DNA of 22,147 nt from a virus. Lineage: Duplodnaviria > Heunggongvirae > Uroviricota > Caudoviricetes. Below the pieces are notes generated by a model, which saw only the letters and a program-made list of their open reading frames with translations, did no database searches and was not told the DNA's origin. Of this stretch, positions 7,386 to 16,617 are shown piece by piece. The stretch lies in the IMG/VR virus record IMGVR_UViG_3300025853_000050; one strand, 5' to 3'. The position numbers and the translations under genes were made by a program. Each line of letters begins with the position of its first letter. Position 1 is the stretch's first letter.

Positions 7386-7553
7386 TTACCCCAATGCTAT
7401 TGATAATGCTGTTGCTTCGTCCGCAACTTGGGTTGTAGTTGCAACGCTAACGCTATTAATTGTAATATTTGAGCTAACAGCGACGCTATTAGATATCATA
7501 ATTTCAGCGTTGACAGTTTGTATGCTTAAATTAGTTACCTGTAAAGTGCTCAT
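7386..7553 (-). CDS. Unannotated 55-aa mini fibre/linker protein ending ADEATALSIALG
   Basis: Below the ORF-track cutoff. Translation MSTLQVTNLSIQTVNAEIMISNSVAVSSNITINSVSVATTTQVADEATALSIALG*. It fills the 7383-7582 gap, has its own leader motif, and stops 3 nt before the MANSFK gene. Confidence 0.85.
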   Translation of the reverse strand: MSTLQVTNLSIQTVNAEIMISNSVAVSSNITINSVSVATTTQVADEATALSIALG

Positions 7554-7567
7554 GGTTCCCTTTCCCC
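7551..7567 (-). promoter_or_regulatory. Conserved leader/RBS motif GGGGAAAGGGAACC-ATG (copy 2)
   Basis: 16/17 identical to 160..176. Confidence 0.7.
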
Positions 7568-7582
7568 TTAGACTTGTTTTTA

Positions 7583-7915
7583 TTATTTAGTTATTTCTGG
7601 GGTTAAGGTGATTATACCTTCCCGAATTCTTGTTATATTATCGGAGCCATCATTAATTTCAACATCATACAAATAACGCCTAGCTTCTATTGGAGAAGTT
7701 TGAGCCGGAGTTGTGGATATAGTAACATACCCGCCAGTATCAACTGCTGTCGTGAAGGATAAAGTCACGGTATTGGAAGTAAACTCTCTGCGCATTTGAG
7801 AATTTGCTGTATATCCAGACAAATTCATAAGATCGCCATTTGAATCTTTTACCGAAAATGTTTTTGAATATGTGGTTCCCTGAGGAATTACTAGATCTTC
7901 TTTAATAACTGACAT
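7583..7915 (-). CDS. Ig-like beta-sandwich virion protein (BppU/LtfC-like)
   Basis: 110 aa: L.I.QGTTY..TF.V.D.NG...NLSGYTA.SQMRR...RYLYDVEI....TRI.EG.ITLTPEITK, a pattern common downstream of VrlC-like genes in T4-like phages. Confidence 0.75.
   Translation of the reverse strand: MSVIKEDLVIPQGTTYSKTFSVKDSNGDLMNLSGYTANSQMRREFTSNTVTLSFTTAVDTGGYVTISTTPAQTSPIEARRYLYDVEINDGSDNITRIREGIITLTPEITK
7584..7591 (-). promoter_or_regulatory. Candidate late promoter ACTAAATA overlapping the upstream stop codon
   Basis: Variant of the T4 late box (TAAATA core intact), 31 nt before the ATG at 7553; same spacing as the TATAAATA at 192..199. Confidence 0.55.
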
Positions 7916-8514
7916 TATTCCATATTAACCCTTGAGAATGAAACCGTGGAACCTGTTGTGGATGGGGTGACTGAAAGAACAACATTGGCCCCAGAAATAC
8001 TACCAGAAAATACGCCAAGGACAGTATTTGAAGTCACAATACCATATTCTGTGGCAAAGGCTTGGCCAGATACCGAACTGTTCCCAGTGTGAACTACCAA
8101 AACTTTTGAAAGTTGATAACCATTTGCTGTAGTATCTGTAATATGTAATAGATATTCGGCAGCTTTATATGTGGATGCGTCAAATTGATCAACGGTCTGG
8201 AGAGATGTTCCATTAGTAATTACCGTTCCAGTATCAAATGCAGATACCTCCGACCATTGACCATTTGCATTTAGATAATGTTTAGTGGAAGCCGCCTGTA
8301 CCGTATTTGGTTGGATGATCTCAATATTTTCAGTAGAATTGCCAACTAAAACAGTATTGGACCAAAATTGACCGCTAATCGCAGCATTACCAACAGCTGT
8401 ATTTGAATCAGTGGTAACTGTATAAGTTGACATGGCATTAGCCACATCATTTACTCTATTAATTAAATACTCGAACGTATTTGTGTTTGAAACTTGAGCT
8501 ACTGTAATTGTCAT
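7915..8514 (-). CDS. Virion structural/short fibre protein with conserved C-terminal beta domain
   Basis: 199 aa. N-terminal V..TNTFE..INRVN anchor-like motif; C-terminal VDQF....YKAAEYL.HI....YQ.SKVLVVH....TEYG...LG.FS..ISG.NV.L.VTP domain. Confidence 0.7.
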   Translation of the reverse strand: MTITVAQVSNTNTFEYLINRVNDVANAMSTYTVTTDSNTAVGNAAISGQFWSNTVLVGNSTENIEIIQPNTVQAASTKHYLNANGQWSEVSAFDTGTVITNGTSLQTVDQFDASTYKAAEYLLHITDTTANGYQLSKVLVVHTGNSSVSGQAFATEYGIVTSNTVLGVFSGSISGANVVLSVTPSTTGSTVSFSRVNME

Positions 8515-8724
8515 TTATAATTTCTCTACTAATTTAGATAACATATTTTTGATATCAGAGATATCATTTTTCATATTATCAACTTCTTCTTTTAATGTAT
8601 TTATTTCATTTTGTTTTTGTTTTTTTAGTTTGTAGGCCGACAAAGCACTATTATTTGTGTTTAATAGTGCTTTGTTTGTATTATCCCTACCAATATCAGA
8701 AACTTCAGTTTGTACTAAATCCAT
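8515..8724 (-). CDS. Small coiled-coil protein following the VrlC-like gene (69 aa; start revised from 8745 to 8724)
   Basis: GRD..NKALLNTN..AL.AYK...EINTLKEEVDNMKNDISDIKNMLSKL heptad pattern. The 8724 ATG lies 4 nt after the VrlC stop, whereas 8745 would overlap VrlC. Confidence 0.75.
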   Translation of the reverse strand: MDLVQTEVSDIGRDNTNKALLNTNNSALSAYKLKKQKQNEINTLKEEVDNMKNDISDIKNMLSKLVEKL

Positions 8725-8728
8725 AACA

Positions 8729-11700
8729 TTAAACCTGCAATGCAATCACTCTTAAATCAGCAACCCTTGGCGGAATAGCAGAATCAGTTCCAGCCAATCC
8801 AATTTTTACCTGGAATTGTTTAAACCCATTATATACTTCACCGCCTAGTGTATGCGCTTCAGGTTCGGCGTCTGTTCTAAAATCAGTAATATCAATTGTA
8901 GAACCTACATAAGAAGCTTTCAGAGTAACAGCCGTACTATTAACAGTATCCACATAATAAGCAGTATTCGCTTCTAGAGGCGTCAATGGAGTACCACCAT
9001 CTGGGACCATATAATAAACTTGTTGGTTTGCAGTAAAAATAGTATTCGCGTCTGTGATAAAAATAGCATTATTTACAACATCAAACCCAGTTGTATTTGC
9101 GACAATAGGCGTGGCGTTTCTTACATATTGGAACACTCCATTAGAATTTTTATATTCGTCAGGAATATCACACACATATTCAATAAAGTCATAATCATTG
9201 GCAGTAGAAGAATACACATTTGATCTTGGTGTTAATTCTATCCAATTTTGGAGATCAAGTAATTCATTATCTTCTTCTGTTCTAAATCTACCCCAAACTT
9301 TAACATCACTATTTACTGGCTTGTACCCTGAGTAACTTACATATAAATCTTCGGCGTCTTGACCATCAGCCAAAGTAACAGGAAGCGAAATATATCTATT
9401 TAACAGGCTGCCACCAGAAGGTTCTGTTTCGCCAGTAAAGTCATTATTCAAAAGGTTATGAACAAACACGCCCTGCGAACGGTTGATATTTAATACAGGC
9501 GAAACATATTCAGATTCAGTAATAAGTATAACATTAGTATTCAAAGAATAATTGTTACTACTACCAAATCTAGAAAGTTCGTCAGAATATGATAATAACT
9601 CGCATTCTTTTCTATAATTATAATTCTCATTAGGAATAATAGAAGAATAATCAGAGAAAGTATTAGAAGTATATAAAACTTTAGATCCAAACAAAGCAAA
9701 TGTTTTTTCAAAGGTTAAATGATAAGCATTTAAATTTTGCACAGAATATTTATACGTATCATAAGATGCAATTGTATTAGTATTATTGGAAGAAATTCCG
9801 CGAATTACTGTATTAGGTTTAAACAATCCGTTCGTATGGTCAATGATCATAAAATTATTAGTAGAATCATATTTTCTGACAACACCAATACCATATTCAA
9901 TTAGATTAATACTACCAGTAATTGATTTGTCAGTAGAACCCGAATCAGAAATAGTATATGTTTCATTTAATTCAAAACCAACATTATCAGTGTAGTATTT
10001 TGAACTAATAATTTGAGTGACATTAGCAGTAACGCCTGAAGTTGTGCCTGTAATAATATCTCCTACAACAATATTATTAGAGCCAAATGTTACTTCAGAA
10101 AGAGACAAAAACTCATCTGTTTTGACTAATTCACCGCTTTGGAAAGTATTAGCTGAATCAGAAAGGTTTAGCATTTCAACACGACTATTGCCGATATTTA
10201 CATTAGCCTCTCCGACAGTAAAACTTGCTCTGTTAAATACAACTTTAAGGTCAACATCTGGTACCATATCCCAGTTTCTGTTATTATTCGTAGTAAACAA
10301 ATTACCATTTAATTTTCTTGTAGTATATTGTTTACCAGTTATAATATCAGTTTCGCCCAATCTAGCGATCCAAGAATAATAATTTGGATTTACACCTTCT
10401 GTATGGATAAGAAAGGCATATTCCTGATCATTCATCAAAAATACTGGTGATGGGAAAGTTACTCTAAATTTGTTATCTTCTTCTGTATTTAGATCACCAT
10501 CCCACAAAGGAACATCTTCAGATTTGTACCAAACTTCAGAACCTGGAACTTGAGTGCCAGAAATTTGACCTGAAGAATCCATCGTTCTGATTTCAAACCA
10601 AATACCAAGCGTTGGGTCTTTGGCTTGCAACCATATATCAGTAGAAGTTAAGAAGATACCATCTTCTCCAGCAGGAGCTTCTATTTTGAAAGAATACGCT
10701 AAGCAAGATTCAGGCCACCTATCGGGGGCGTTTGCGCGGCGCTGTTCCGCAGGGCTGAGTCGTCTATCCTCAGCAGACGTGCTTCTTGGTGGCGGGTAAA
10801 CGATTCTTCTTCTAACAGTATCAGATCCAAAACTACGCGAAACTCCATAATTTTTTTGATACAATGGCTTATCTTGCACAATTGCAATTGTTGTAGAAAG
10901 AATTGTATTTTGTTTTGGTGCAGTAAGTCCATTTGCAACAAAATAACTTACAGAATAAGAAGATGAATCGTCGGTCGAATTCGTAGGCGAATCAGTGATG
11001 ACAATTTCTTTTGTACCTGTTCTGAACCTTTTACCAGTTTCTGGCAATCGTAAATAAGCTACTAATGTTCCATTTTCGTCGGAGCGCAGTTCCGAACCTT
11101 CAGATTTTAACAAAATAGTTGAAGGGTCAATTATTTCATTAAGAGTACCTGGTCTAACTGGATCGATCACGTAAGGATTAAGTGGTCGTTGACTTTGAAG
11201 ATTGTATGTGCCTTCATATAATCTTATTGGCGGGTAAACACAAATAACAGGATCTACGCCAGCGCCGCCTGGACCAGAATTTTCATAATCTACGGGTGTA
11301 GTGTATTCATTCATGTCTTCATTATCAAAGAAAACATAAAATCTGGTATTAGGCTTAAGATGTTCTGCAAGAATTTTAATTGTCTGTGGCCTGATATAAG
11401 TTTTAATATCTACATCGGTTACAAATTCTCCAAGCTCCTCAGAAACTTTAGTATTTGTAATTGTAGTTTTTGTACCAGAACGGTCGTTATAATAATTTTC
11501 TCTCAACTCATAAGTTTGTTTCGCGCCTGAGCTCCAAACAGTTTTTGGTTTAAAATATTTGTTTGCTTGCGCTCTTGTTGCAACATTATAAACATTTCTA
11601 TTACCATTGGCGGAAGTTACAATTACAGTATATCCTGTAACATTTTTTCTCCAAGAATCCCAGACAGTTGAAGAAGTAGATCCTAATGTTTTTGATGGGT

Positions 11701-14700
11701 CTGAAATATCAATTACTTTATCTACTGTGCTTGTATCGACCCAATTATCTGTACTTGGTTCTAACTTTGTAACACCGACAAATCTATAAGAAGATTTTTC
11801 AATATTTCTTGTAGTTGTAACATTTTTAATCTCCATTAATTTCTTTTCAGAATATGGGAGAGTAATAATATCGCCAGTAACTTGATAATTTGAAGAAGTT
11901 TCTTCGTCTAATTCATATTTAAATGCTTCAGTTTCGAAAAATGGTCTAATAGAACCTTCTTCTGTATCAACACTAATTCTATAATCAATATTATCTGTGT
12001 CGCCTAGAGCATGAGAAGAAAAGTTATCTACAAAGAAACCATTTTTAAAACGGTCTAAACCATTTTCGTCAATAATTTTTAAGTCTAATGCACTTTTTTC
12101 TAACAGATTCAATGCGTTATAATATTCTAAATTATTAACTTTTTGGTTAATAACACCAATTTCTTTCATAGTAAATCGTTTAGGAGCTACTTTTTCTGTT
12201 ATAACTGAAGCGCCTGTTTGACCAATATTTCTGGCCAATGTTTCAGAAATTGATGGATAAGGAGGAATATAGACTTTTGAGAGAGTCATAGAATTGCCAG
12301 TTTTTACTGGACTTACTGGATCTTCCGCAGGAGTACCAGTAATTGAAGAGATAAGCCCTTCTCTATTGATAGTAATTAAATCTCTTCTAGCCAGGTAATA
12401 AGAATAATCAACATTAATATCGCTATCAATTGAAGCAATTCTTAAACCATTTGTATCAGTTCTGAAATTATCTGTAATCGCAGGATTGACTGTGGCGCTA
12501 CCAACTGTTACAGATGATACCGCTGTATTAGATTTATATGGCCTATAGTCTAATACATTTCTTAAATCATAATTACCATACTTAGGAATTTCGTATGTGA
12601 AAATAGTAGTATTTGAAGATGCTGTATCATCTACCGGATACGAATCAACAGAAAAATAACCATAGCCGCTAGAAAAATCTGGTTCAAAATGCTCCAACTC
12701 TACCAATAAATGTTTATTAGTAAGATCTAAACTACCAGTATGAATGATTGAACCATGGTCGTAGAAATTATTTTTCTGTCCATTATTATAATTAAATGAT
12801 GATGTTACATCTGTACCTTGCGACGCAGTAGTAAAATCACTAGTGTCCATTCTTACAGAGACTACATTAAATACATCAGGGATACCTAAATTATAAGGAC
12901 CGACTGAATTTGCTACGTTATTTGATGTATTAATTTTTACATATCTTGCAGATCTTAATTTTTTCTTAACTTCTGCTGCAACATTTCTAATTACTCTATA
13001 TGTCACCTGAGTATCGATACTACCGATTGTGCCAGTACTATATTCTTTTAGATCAATAATTAAAGAGCCAGAAGAAACATTTGCAGTTCTTGTAACGCCA
13101 GAAGAACCATTGGCAGTTAAGTCAAGAATATCGCCTGTTCTGATAGCTTTAGAAAAAGTATTACCAGTTAATGTACTTTCGGCCAAATTACTTTTTAACG
13201 TAAGAGAAGTACTGTTTGTTACAGCATTAATGTAATATTGTGAACCACTTCCTTCAAATACTAATCTAGTACCTGGTATTAATTTATCAAAATTAGTCGC
13301 AGTTCCTGTAACAATATTATTTCCATTGTCAACTGCCACAGTACCTTCAAGAACAAAATCGACATCTTGAGAAGCCGAAACAATTAATTCTCTTTTTTCT
13401 GCAGCAGATAAATTTCCTGACGAATAAGATAAAGATTCACCAGAAGTAGAAACAGTCGTTGACAATGATTCCGCTGCATCTAGATTAGCAGATAACGTTT
13501 CTGATCTATTAAAGCTAAAAGTAGTGCCAACAGCTCCAGTATTACTTCTTACTGTTCTTACATAATCTTTACCAATTGGGAACAATAATGTATTAGTATT
13601 TGTTTCTTTAATAACAGCTTTGCCGTCTGACAATACAATATCTGCAAAGAAATAATTTGGAGAAGTTGTATACGCAATGGATTTCGCTTCTGATAAAGTT
13701 CTACCAGCGTTCATTTTGTGGTCAAATAGATATGCGCGCATCTGCGCAGACGGTTGACCTAATGTACCAGATTGGTATACTAAAGATTTTAATTTAGCTG
13801 TACCAATTTTATTTCCAGTAGGAGATACTGAGCCTTTTACGTCATTTGTTACTCTTGTTTCTGCTGCATCATAAAGGTCTACTGTGATAGCTTTATCGTG
13901 CTGCAGCGAACCTACAATTTCTTTAATGAAAAAATAGCCACCAGATCTAGCATTTACCAATTGATTATCAACATATTTAAAATTGGTTGATTTTGGAACA
14001 ATAACATGAGTAGTGGTTAATTTATTAATTTCATAACCTTTGACGAAGGCTAAACCTGGGAGAACATCTACAGATAAAAATTCAGAATTCCCGCCTTGAG
14101 CAGTAGTTAATAACCCTTCATTTTCTCCTGTATCTAGATATTCTCTTGTTCTTAAATCAAACCCTTTAACATAATAATCACCAGATTCGTCATAGGTTCT
14201 TTTAGCTAATTCGTCATAAATTCTTGAATATTCTGTTCTTTCTTTTCTAAGGGTAATTGCGCCATTGTCCATAGAAAACAAAGGAATAAATGTTTCTTCG
14301 TCAAAATCTCCATCTAGAACGATTTTAGACAACCCTGTTTCAATAGCGTATCTATGCGCACCCGGCGCATTTTCGTTTGGTGAACCAAGCGCATTATCCA
14401 AAAGAGTAACGTCAGTTAAGTCGGTAACAAAATTTTCAGACGTTTCAAGGCCAATAGTGACAGAAGGGGTGGTTGAATACTTATCTAAGATAATAGAATC
14501 TTTCGAAAATGCGACAAACATTCCTTTTGAGAAAATAACGCCTTCTTCAATACTAAATACACTACCAAATCCAGAAGCGCTAGTTGGAGCTACAGTAAAG
14601 TTTAATGTTTCGCTGCCAACCAAAGAAACAATTTCATTTTCAAGAAATACATTTGAAGTTTCCGAACCTCTTGTGTATCGAATCATAAAAACATATGTTG

Positions 14701-15043
14701 AATCATCTTCGTCATATTCGACAGCTTTAACATAAGCTCTCAATCCGGAAGTTTGTCCTTCAAATATTTGACCAACAAAATCATCTAATTTTTTGTTAGG
14801 AAACTCAACAGAAGAAGCTTTGATATAAGGAACATCCAATTCAATATCAAACCCGCCGCCTAAAACGATTGTACCTTCTTTGAAAACATGGGAACCAAAA
14901 CGCTCAATCTGCTTTTGTAAAATTGATTGCATTTGGTTAAGTTCTCTTGCTTGCACCGCAACAGAAGGTCTAAACAAAATTTTATGATATCCTTTATCAG
15001 GATCATAATCATCAAAGTATGGTGGGATATTAAAATTTGCCAT
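8729..15043 (-). CDS. VrlC-like / DUF4815 large virion structural (baseplate-peripheral) protein
   Basis: 2104 aa. N-terminal PYFDDYD..KGYHKILFRP..AVQARELNQMQSILQ.QIERFGSH.FKEG; ELAKRTYDESGDY; LDRFKNGFFVDNF; C-terminal FQVKI...PPRVADLR.IAL. Confidence 0.9.
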   Translation of the reverse strand: MANFNIPPYFDDYDPDKGYHKILFRPSVAVQARELNQMQSILQKQIERFGSHVFKEGTIVLGGGFDIELDVPYIKASSVEFPNKKLDDFVGQIFEGQTSGLRAYVKAVEYDEDDSTYVFMIRYTRGSETSNVFLENEIVSLVGSETLNFTVAPTSASGFGSVFSIEEGVIFSKGMFVAFSKDSIILDKYSTTPSVTIGLETSENFVTDLTDVTLLDNALGSPNENAPGAHRYAIETGLSKIVLDGDFDEETFIPLFSMDNGAITLRKERTEYSRIYDELAKRTYDESGDYYVKGFDLRTREYLDTGENEGLLTTAQGGNSEFLSVDVLPGLAFVKGYEINKLTTTHVIVPKSTNFKYVDNQLVNARSGGYFFIKEIVGSLQHDKAITVDLYDAAETRVTNDVKGSVSPTGNKIGTAKLKSLVYQSGTLGQPSAQMRAYLFDHKMNAGRTLSEAKSIAYTTSPNYFFADIVLSDGKAVIKETNTNTLLFPIGKDYVRTVRSNTGAVGTTFSFNRSETLSANLDAAESLSTTVSTSGESLSYSSGNLSAAEKRELIVSASQDVDFVLEGTVAVDNGNNIVTGTATNFDKLIPGTRLVFEGSGSQYYINAVTNSTSLTLKSNLAESTLTGNTFSKAIRTGDILDLTANGSSGVTRTANVSSGSLIIDLKEYSTGTIGSIDTQVTYRVIRNVAAEVKKKLRSARYVKINTSNNVANSVGPYNLGIPDVFNVVSVRMDTSDFTTASQGTDVTSSFNYNNGQKNNFYDHGSIIHTGSLDLTNKHLLVELEHFEPDFSSGYGYFSVDSYPVDDTASSNTTIFTYEIPKYGNYDLRNVLDYRPYKSNTAVSSVTVGSATVNPAITDNFRTDTNGLRIASIDSDINVDYSYYLARRDLITINREGLISSITGTPAEDPVSPVKTGNSMTLSKVYIPPYPSISETLARNIGQTGASVITEKVAPKRFTMKEIGVINQKVNNLEYYNALNLLEKSALDLKIIDENGLDRFKNGFFVDNFSSHALGDTDNIDYRISVDTEEGSIRPFFETEAFKYELDEETSSNYQVTGDIITLPYSEKKLMEIKNVTTTRNIEKSSYRFVGVTKLEPSTDNWVDTSTVDKVIDISDPSKTLGSTSSTVWDSWRKNVTGYTVIVTSANGNRNVYNVATRAQANKYFKPKTVWSSGAKQTYELRENYYNDRSGTKTTITNTKVSEELGEFVTDVDIKTYIRPQTIKILAEHLKPNTRFYVFFDNEDMNEYTTPVDYENSGPGGAGVDPVICVYPPIRLYEGTYNLQSQRPLNPYVIDPVRPGTLNEIIDPSTILLKSEGSELRSDENGTLVAYLRLPETGKRFRTGTKEIVITDSPTNSTDDSSSYSVSYFVANGLTAPKQNTILSTTIAIVQDKPLYQKNYGVSRSFGSDTVRRRIVYPPPRSTSAEDRRLSPAEQRRANAPDRWPESCLAYSFKIEAPAGEDGIFLTSTDIWLQAKDPTLGIWFEIRTMDSSGQISGTQVPGSEVWYKSEDVPLWDGDLNTEEDNKFRVTFPSPVFLMNDQEYAFLIHTEGVNPNYYSWIARLGETDIITGKQYTTRKLNGNLFTTNNNRNWDMVPDVDLKVVFNRASFTVGEANVNIGNSRVEMLNLSDSANTFQSGELVKTDEFLSLSEVTFGSNNIVVGDIITGTTSGVTANVTQIISSKYYTDNVGFELNETYTISDSGSTDKSITGSINLIEYGIGVVRKYDSTNNFMIIDHTNGLFKPNTVIRGISSNNTNTIASYDTYKYSVQNLNAYHLTFEKTFALFGSKVLYTSNTFSDYSSIIPNENYNYRKECELLSYSDELSRFGSSNNYSLNTNVILITESEYVSPVLNINRSQGVFVHNLLNNDFTGETEPSGGSLLNRYISLPVTLADGQDAEDLYVSYSGYKPVNSDVKVWGRFRTEEDNELLDLQNWIELTPRSNVYSSTANDYDFIEYVCDIPDEYKNSNGVFQYVRNATPIVANTTGFDVVNNAIFITDANTIFTANQQVYYMVPDGGTPLTPLEANTAYYVDTVNSTAVTLKASYVGSTIDITDFRTDAEPEAHTLGGEVYNGFKQFQVKIGLAGTDSAIPPRVADLRVIALQV

Positions 15044-15052
15044 TATTTTACC

Positions 15053-16615
15053 TTAAATTTCGATAGTCAACTTAAAAGTTTCAGTTTGATCGTCTTTACG
15101 ATTTATGTTATTTATATTATCGACGTACATTGGTTGTAGTTCTTTGGTGTATATATCACCAACTGTAGAGATATTTATAGTAGTGACATTGTATCCACCA
15201 GTATTTGCCAGGTATTCTCCATTAACAAAAGTCTTATCACCAGATAAGTGAACAACACTGGAATTTGAAAATACAACTGTGGCCAATGAATTACTTGTTG
15301 CACCAGTTACAATATCACCTGCAGTAAAAGTATAAGCTGGCGAAACGGAAGCCTTTAATAAATTATTAAAAGAACGTTCATAAAATCTATCTCCAGGGGT
15401 GACTGTTCCCAGGGCAGTATTTGATACTGCATATTTTGGATTTTTAACAATACCAATTTTATTATACAAAGTATTTGCTGTTGGGATAATGTCAAGTTCG
15501 GTGTTCGCGAATGTAATATTAAATGCTATACCTTGCATATTTAATTCAATCGCTGGATCATAACCATGACCACCCGGAGGAGGAACAATGGCATAAACAT
15601 TAGCACCAGAACCATATTGTGATTGAATTTCAACATTAGCCCAGGAAATATTTGAACCCGAATCAAGCAATACAATTTCGCTAATCTTGGTAGTGTAATC
15701 ATTCACCAAACAATAAGCCGAAGGATTAGAGTCGCCATCAGTATTAAATACAACAGCAGGGCTGATCAAATATTCTGTAATACCTGGTGTGATTTTTGAA
15801 ATATCCATTGCGGTATTTACGTAAACAAATCTACCAGTGGCATTAACAACATAATCCGTGATTAAACGAAGTTGTGATGTGCTTTCAATTGTATTGTACA
15901 CATAAATTGCATTATTGACATAAAAGTTATCAGAGGACGAAGCATCATTTTGAATCTGAATAACAGTGGTATTTTGTACAGATGATACGATACCATTAGT
16001 TGACGATGTATATCCATTACCGCTGTTAGAAATAACAACCACATCAACGCCTGAATATTCAGCAGCAGTTGCCACGATAGAGGCATTGGAATTGATTGGA
16101 GCATAATCATCAGATTCGAATTTATCATAATTCAAAGATGAAACTGATGTGAGGTATTTCCACTTATATCCATCACTTGTCTCGAAGGTTGCCTTTTGTG
16201 TTGGTAGCCCGATCAAAGATGGATTGGAAGTAGAAACTGCTCCATTAGAATTGTCAATACATTTATAAACGTGGTATTGACCACCATCAATTAATGGGTC
16301 GCAAATAACATAAAAGTTATTGTTCGCTTCCAGCGTATTCGAAGTGCTGTCATATTTTTCGTATACAGTTCCTGTTGTCCATATGTTTTTCTTCACAACC
16401 GGAGAAATATCACCAGGTTGTACTTTTTTGCCAAAAAGCATATACCAATTTTGTTCAAAATTAGTCTCGTATGCATTATTTGCAACCTGAGGAACAGAAC
16501 TAGGATATTCAATCGGATGCGACCCATAAGCATAATACGCCGATGTATTACTTTGAATATTATCAAAGATTTCTTCGTATAATGCTTTTTTATACGCTGG
16601 AAGGATTTTACCCAT
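15053..16615 (-). CDS. gp8: Baseplate wedge subunit gp8-like
   Basis: 520 aa. YHVYKCIDNSNGAVST..P and FETSDGYKWKYL motifs, PPPGGHG.DP..EL, C-terminal Y.DN...I.R..DQTE.FKL.IE. Confidence 0.85.
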   Translation of the reverse strand: MGKILPAYKKALYEEIFDNIQSNTSAYYAYGSHPIEYPSSVPQVANNAYETNFEQNWYMLFGKKVQPGDISPVVKKNIWTTGTVYEKYDSTSNTLEANNNFYVICDPLIDGGQYHVYKCIDNSNGAVSTSNPSLIGLPTQKATFETSDGYKWKYLTSVSSLNYDKFESDDYAPINSNASIVATAAEYSGVDVVVISNSGNGYTSSTNGIVSSVQNTTVIQIQNDASSSDNFYVNNAIYVYNTIESTSQLRLITDYVVNATGRFVYVNTAMDISKITPGITEYLISPAVVFNTDGDSNPSAYCLVNDYTTKISEIVLLDSGSNISWANVEIQSQYGSGANVYAIVPPPGGHGYDPAIELNMQGIAFNITFANTELDIIPTANTLYNKIGIVKNPKYAVSNTALGTVTPGDRFYERSFNNLLKASVSPAYTFTAGDIVTGATSNSLATVVFSNSSVVHLSGDKTFVNGEYLANTGGYNVTTINISTVGDIYTKELQPMYVDNINNINRKDDQTETFKLTIEI

Positions 16616-16617
16616 TA

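Noticed and set aside
10754-10860. A-AAA-AAT slippery heptamer in VrlC (~10850) plus overlapping stems CGTCT/AGACG and GCTGAG/CTCAGC (10754..10779) as a programmed frameshift signal
   Set aside because: The structure is ~70 nt downstream rather than 5-9 nt, the loop lengths do not fit a normal H-type pseudoknot, the -1 frame stops after about five codons, and A-runs are common in this AT-rich gene.
10699-10941. 80-aa alternative-frame ORF inside VrlC
   Set aside because: Nested in the same-strand gene, with no RBS and no recognisable motif; explained by the local GC-rich, stop-poor segment.
8729-15043. Intein, intron or alternative genetic code in the large genes
   Set aside because: No intein splice motifs or homing-endonuclease motifs were recognised, ORFs are uninterrupted under the standard code, and coding density is near complete.
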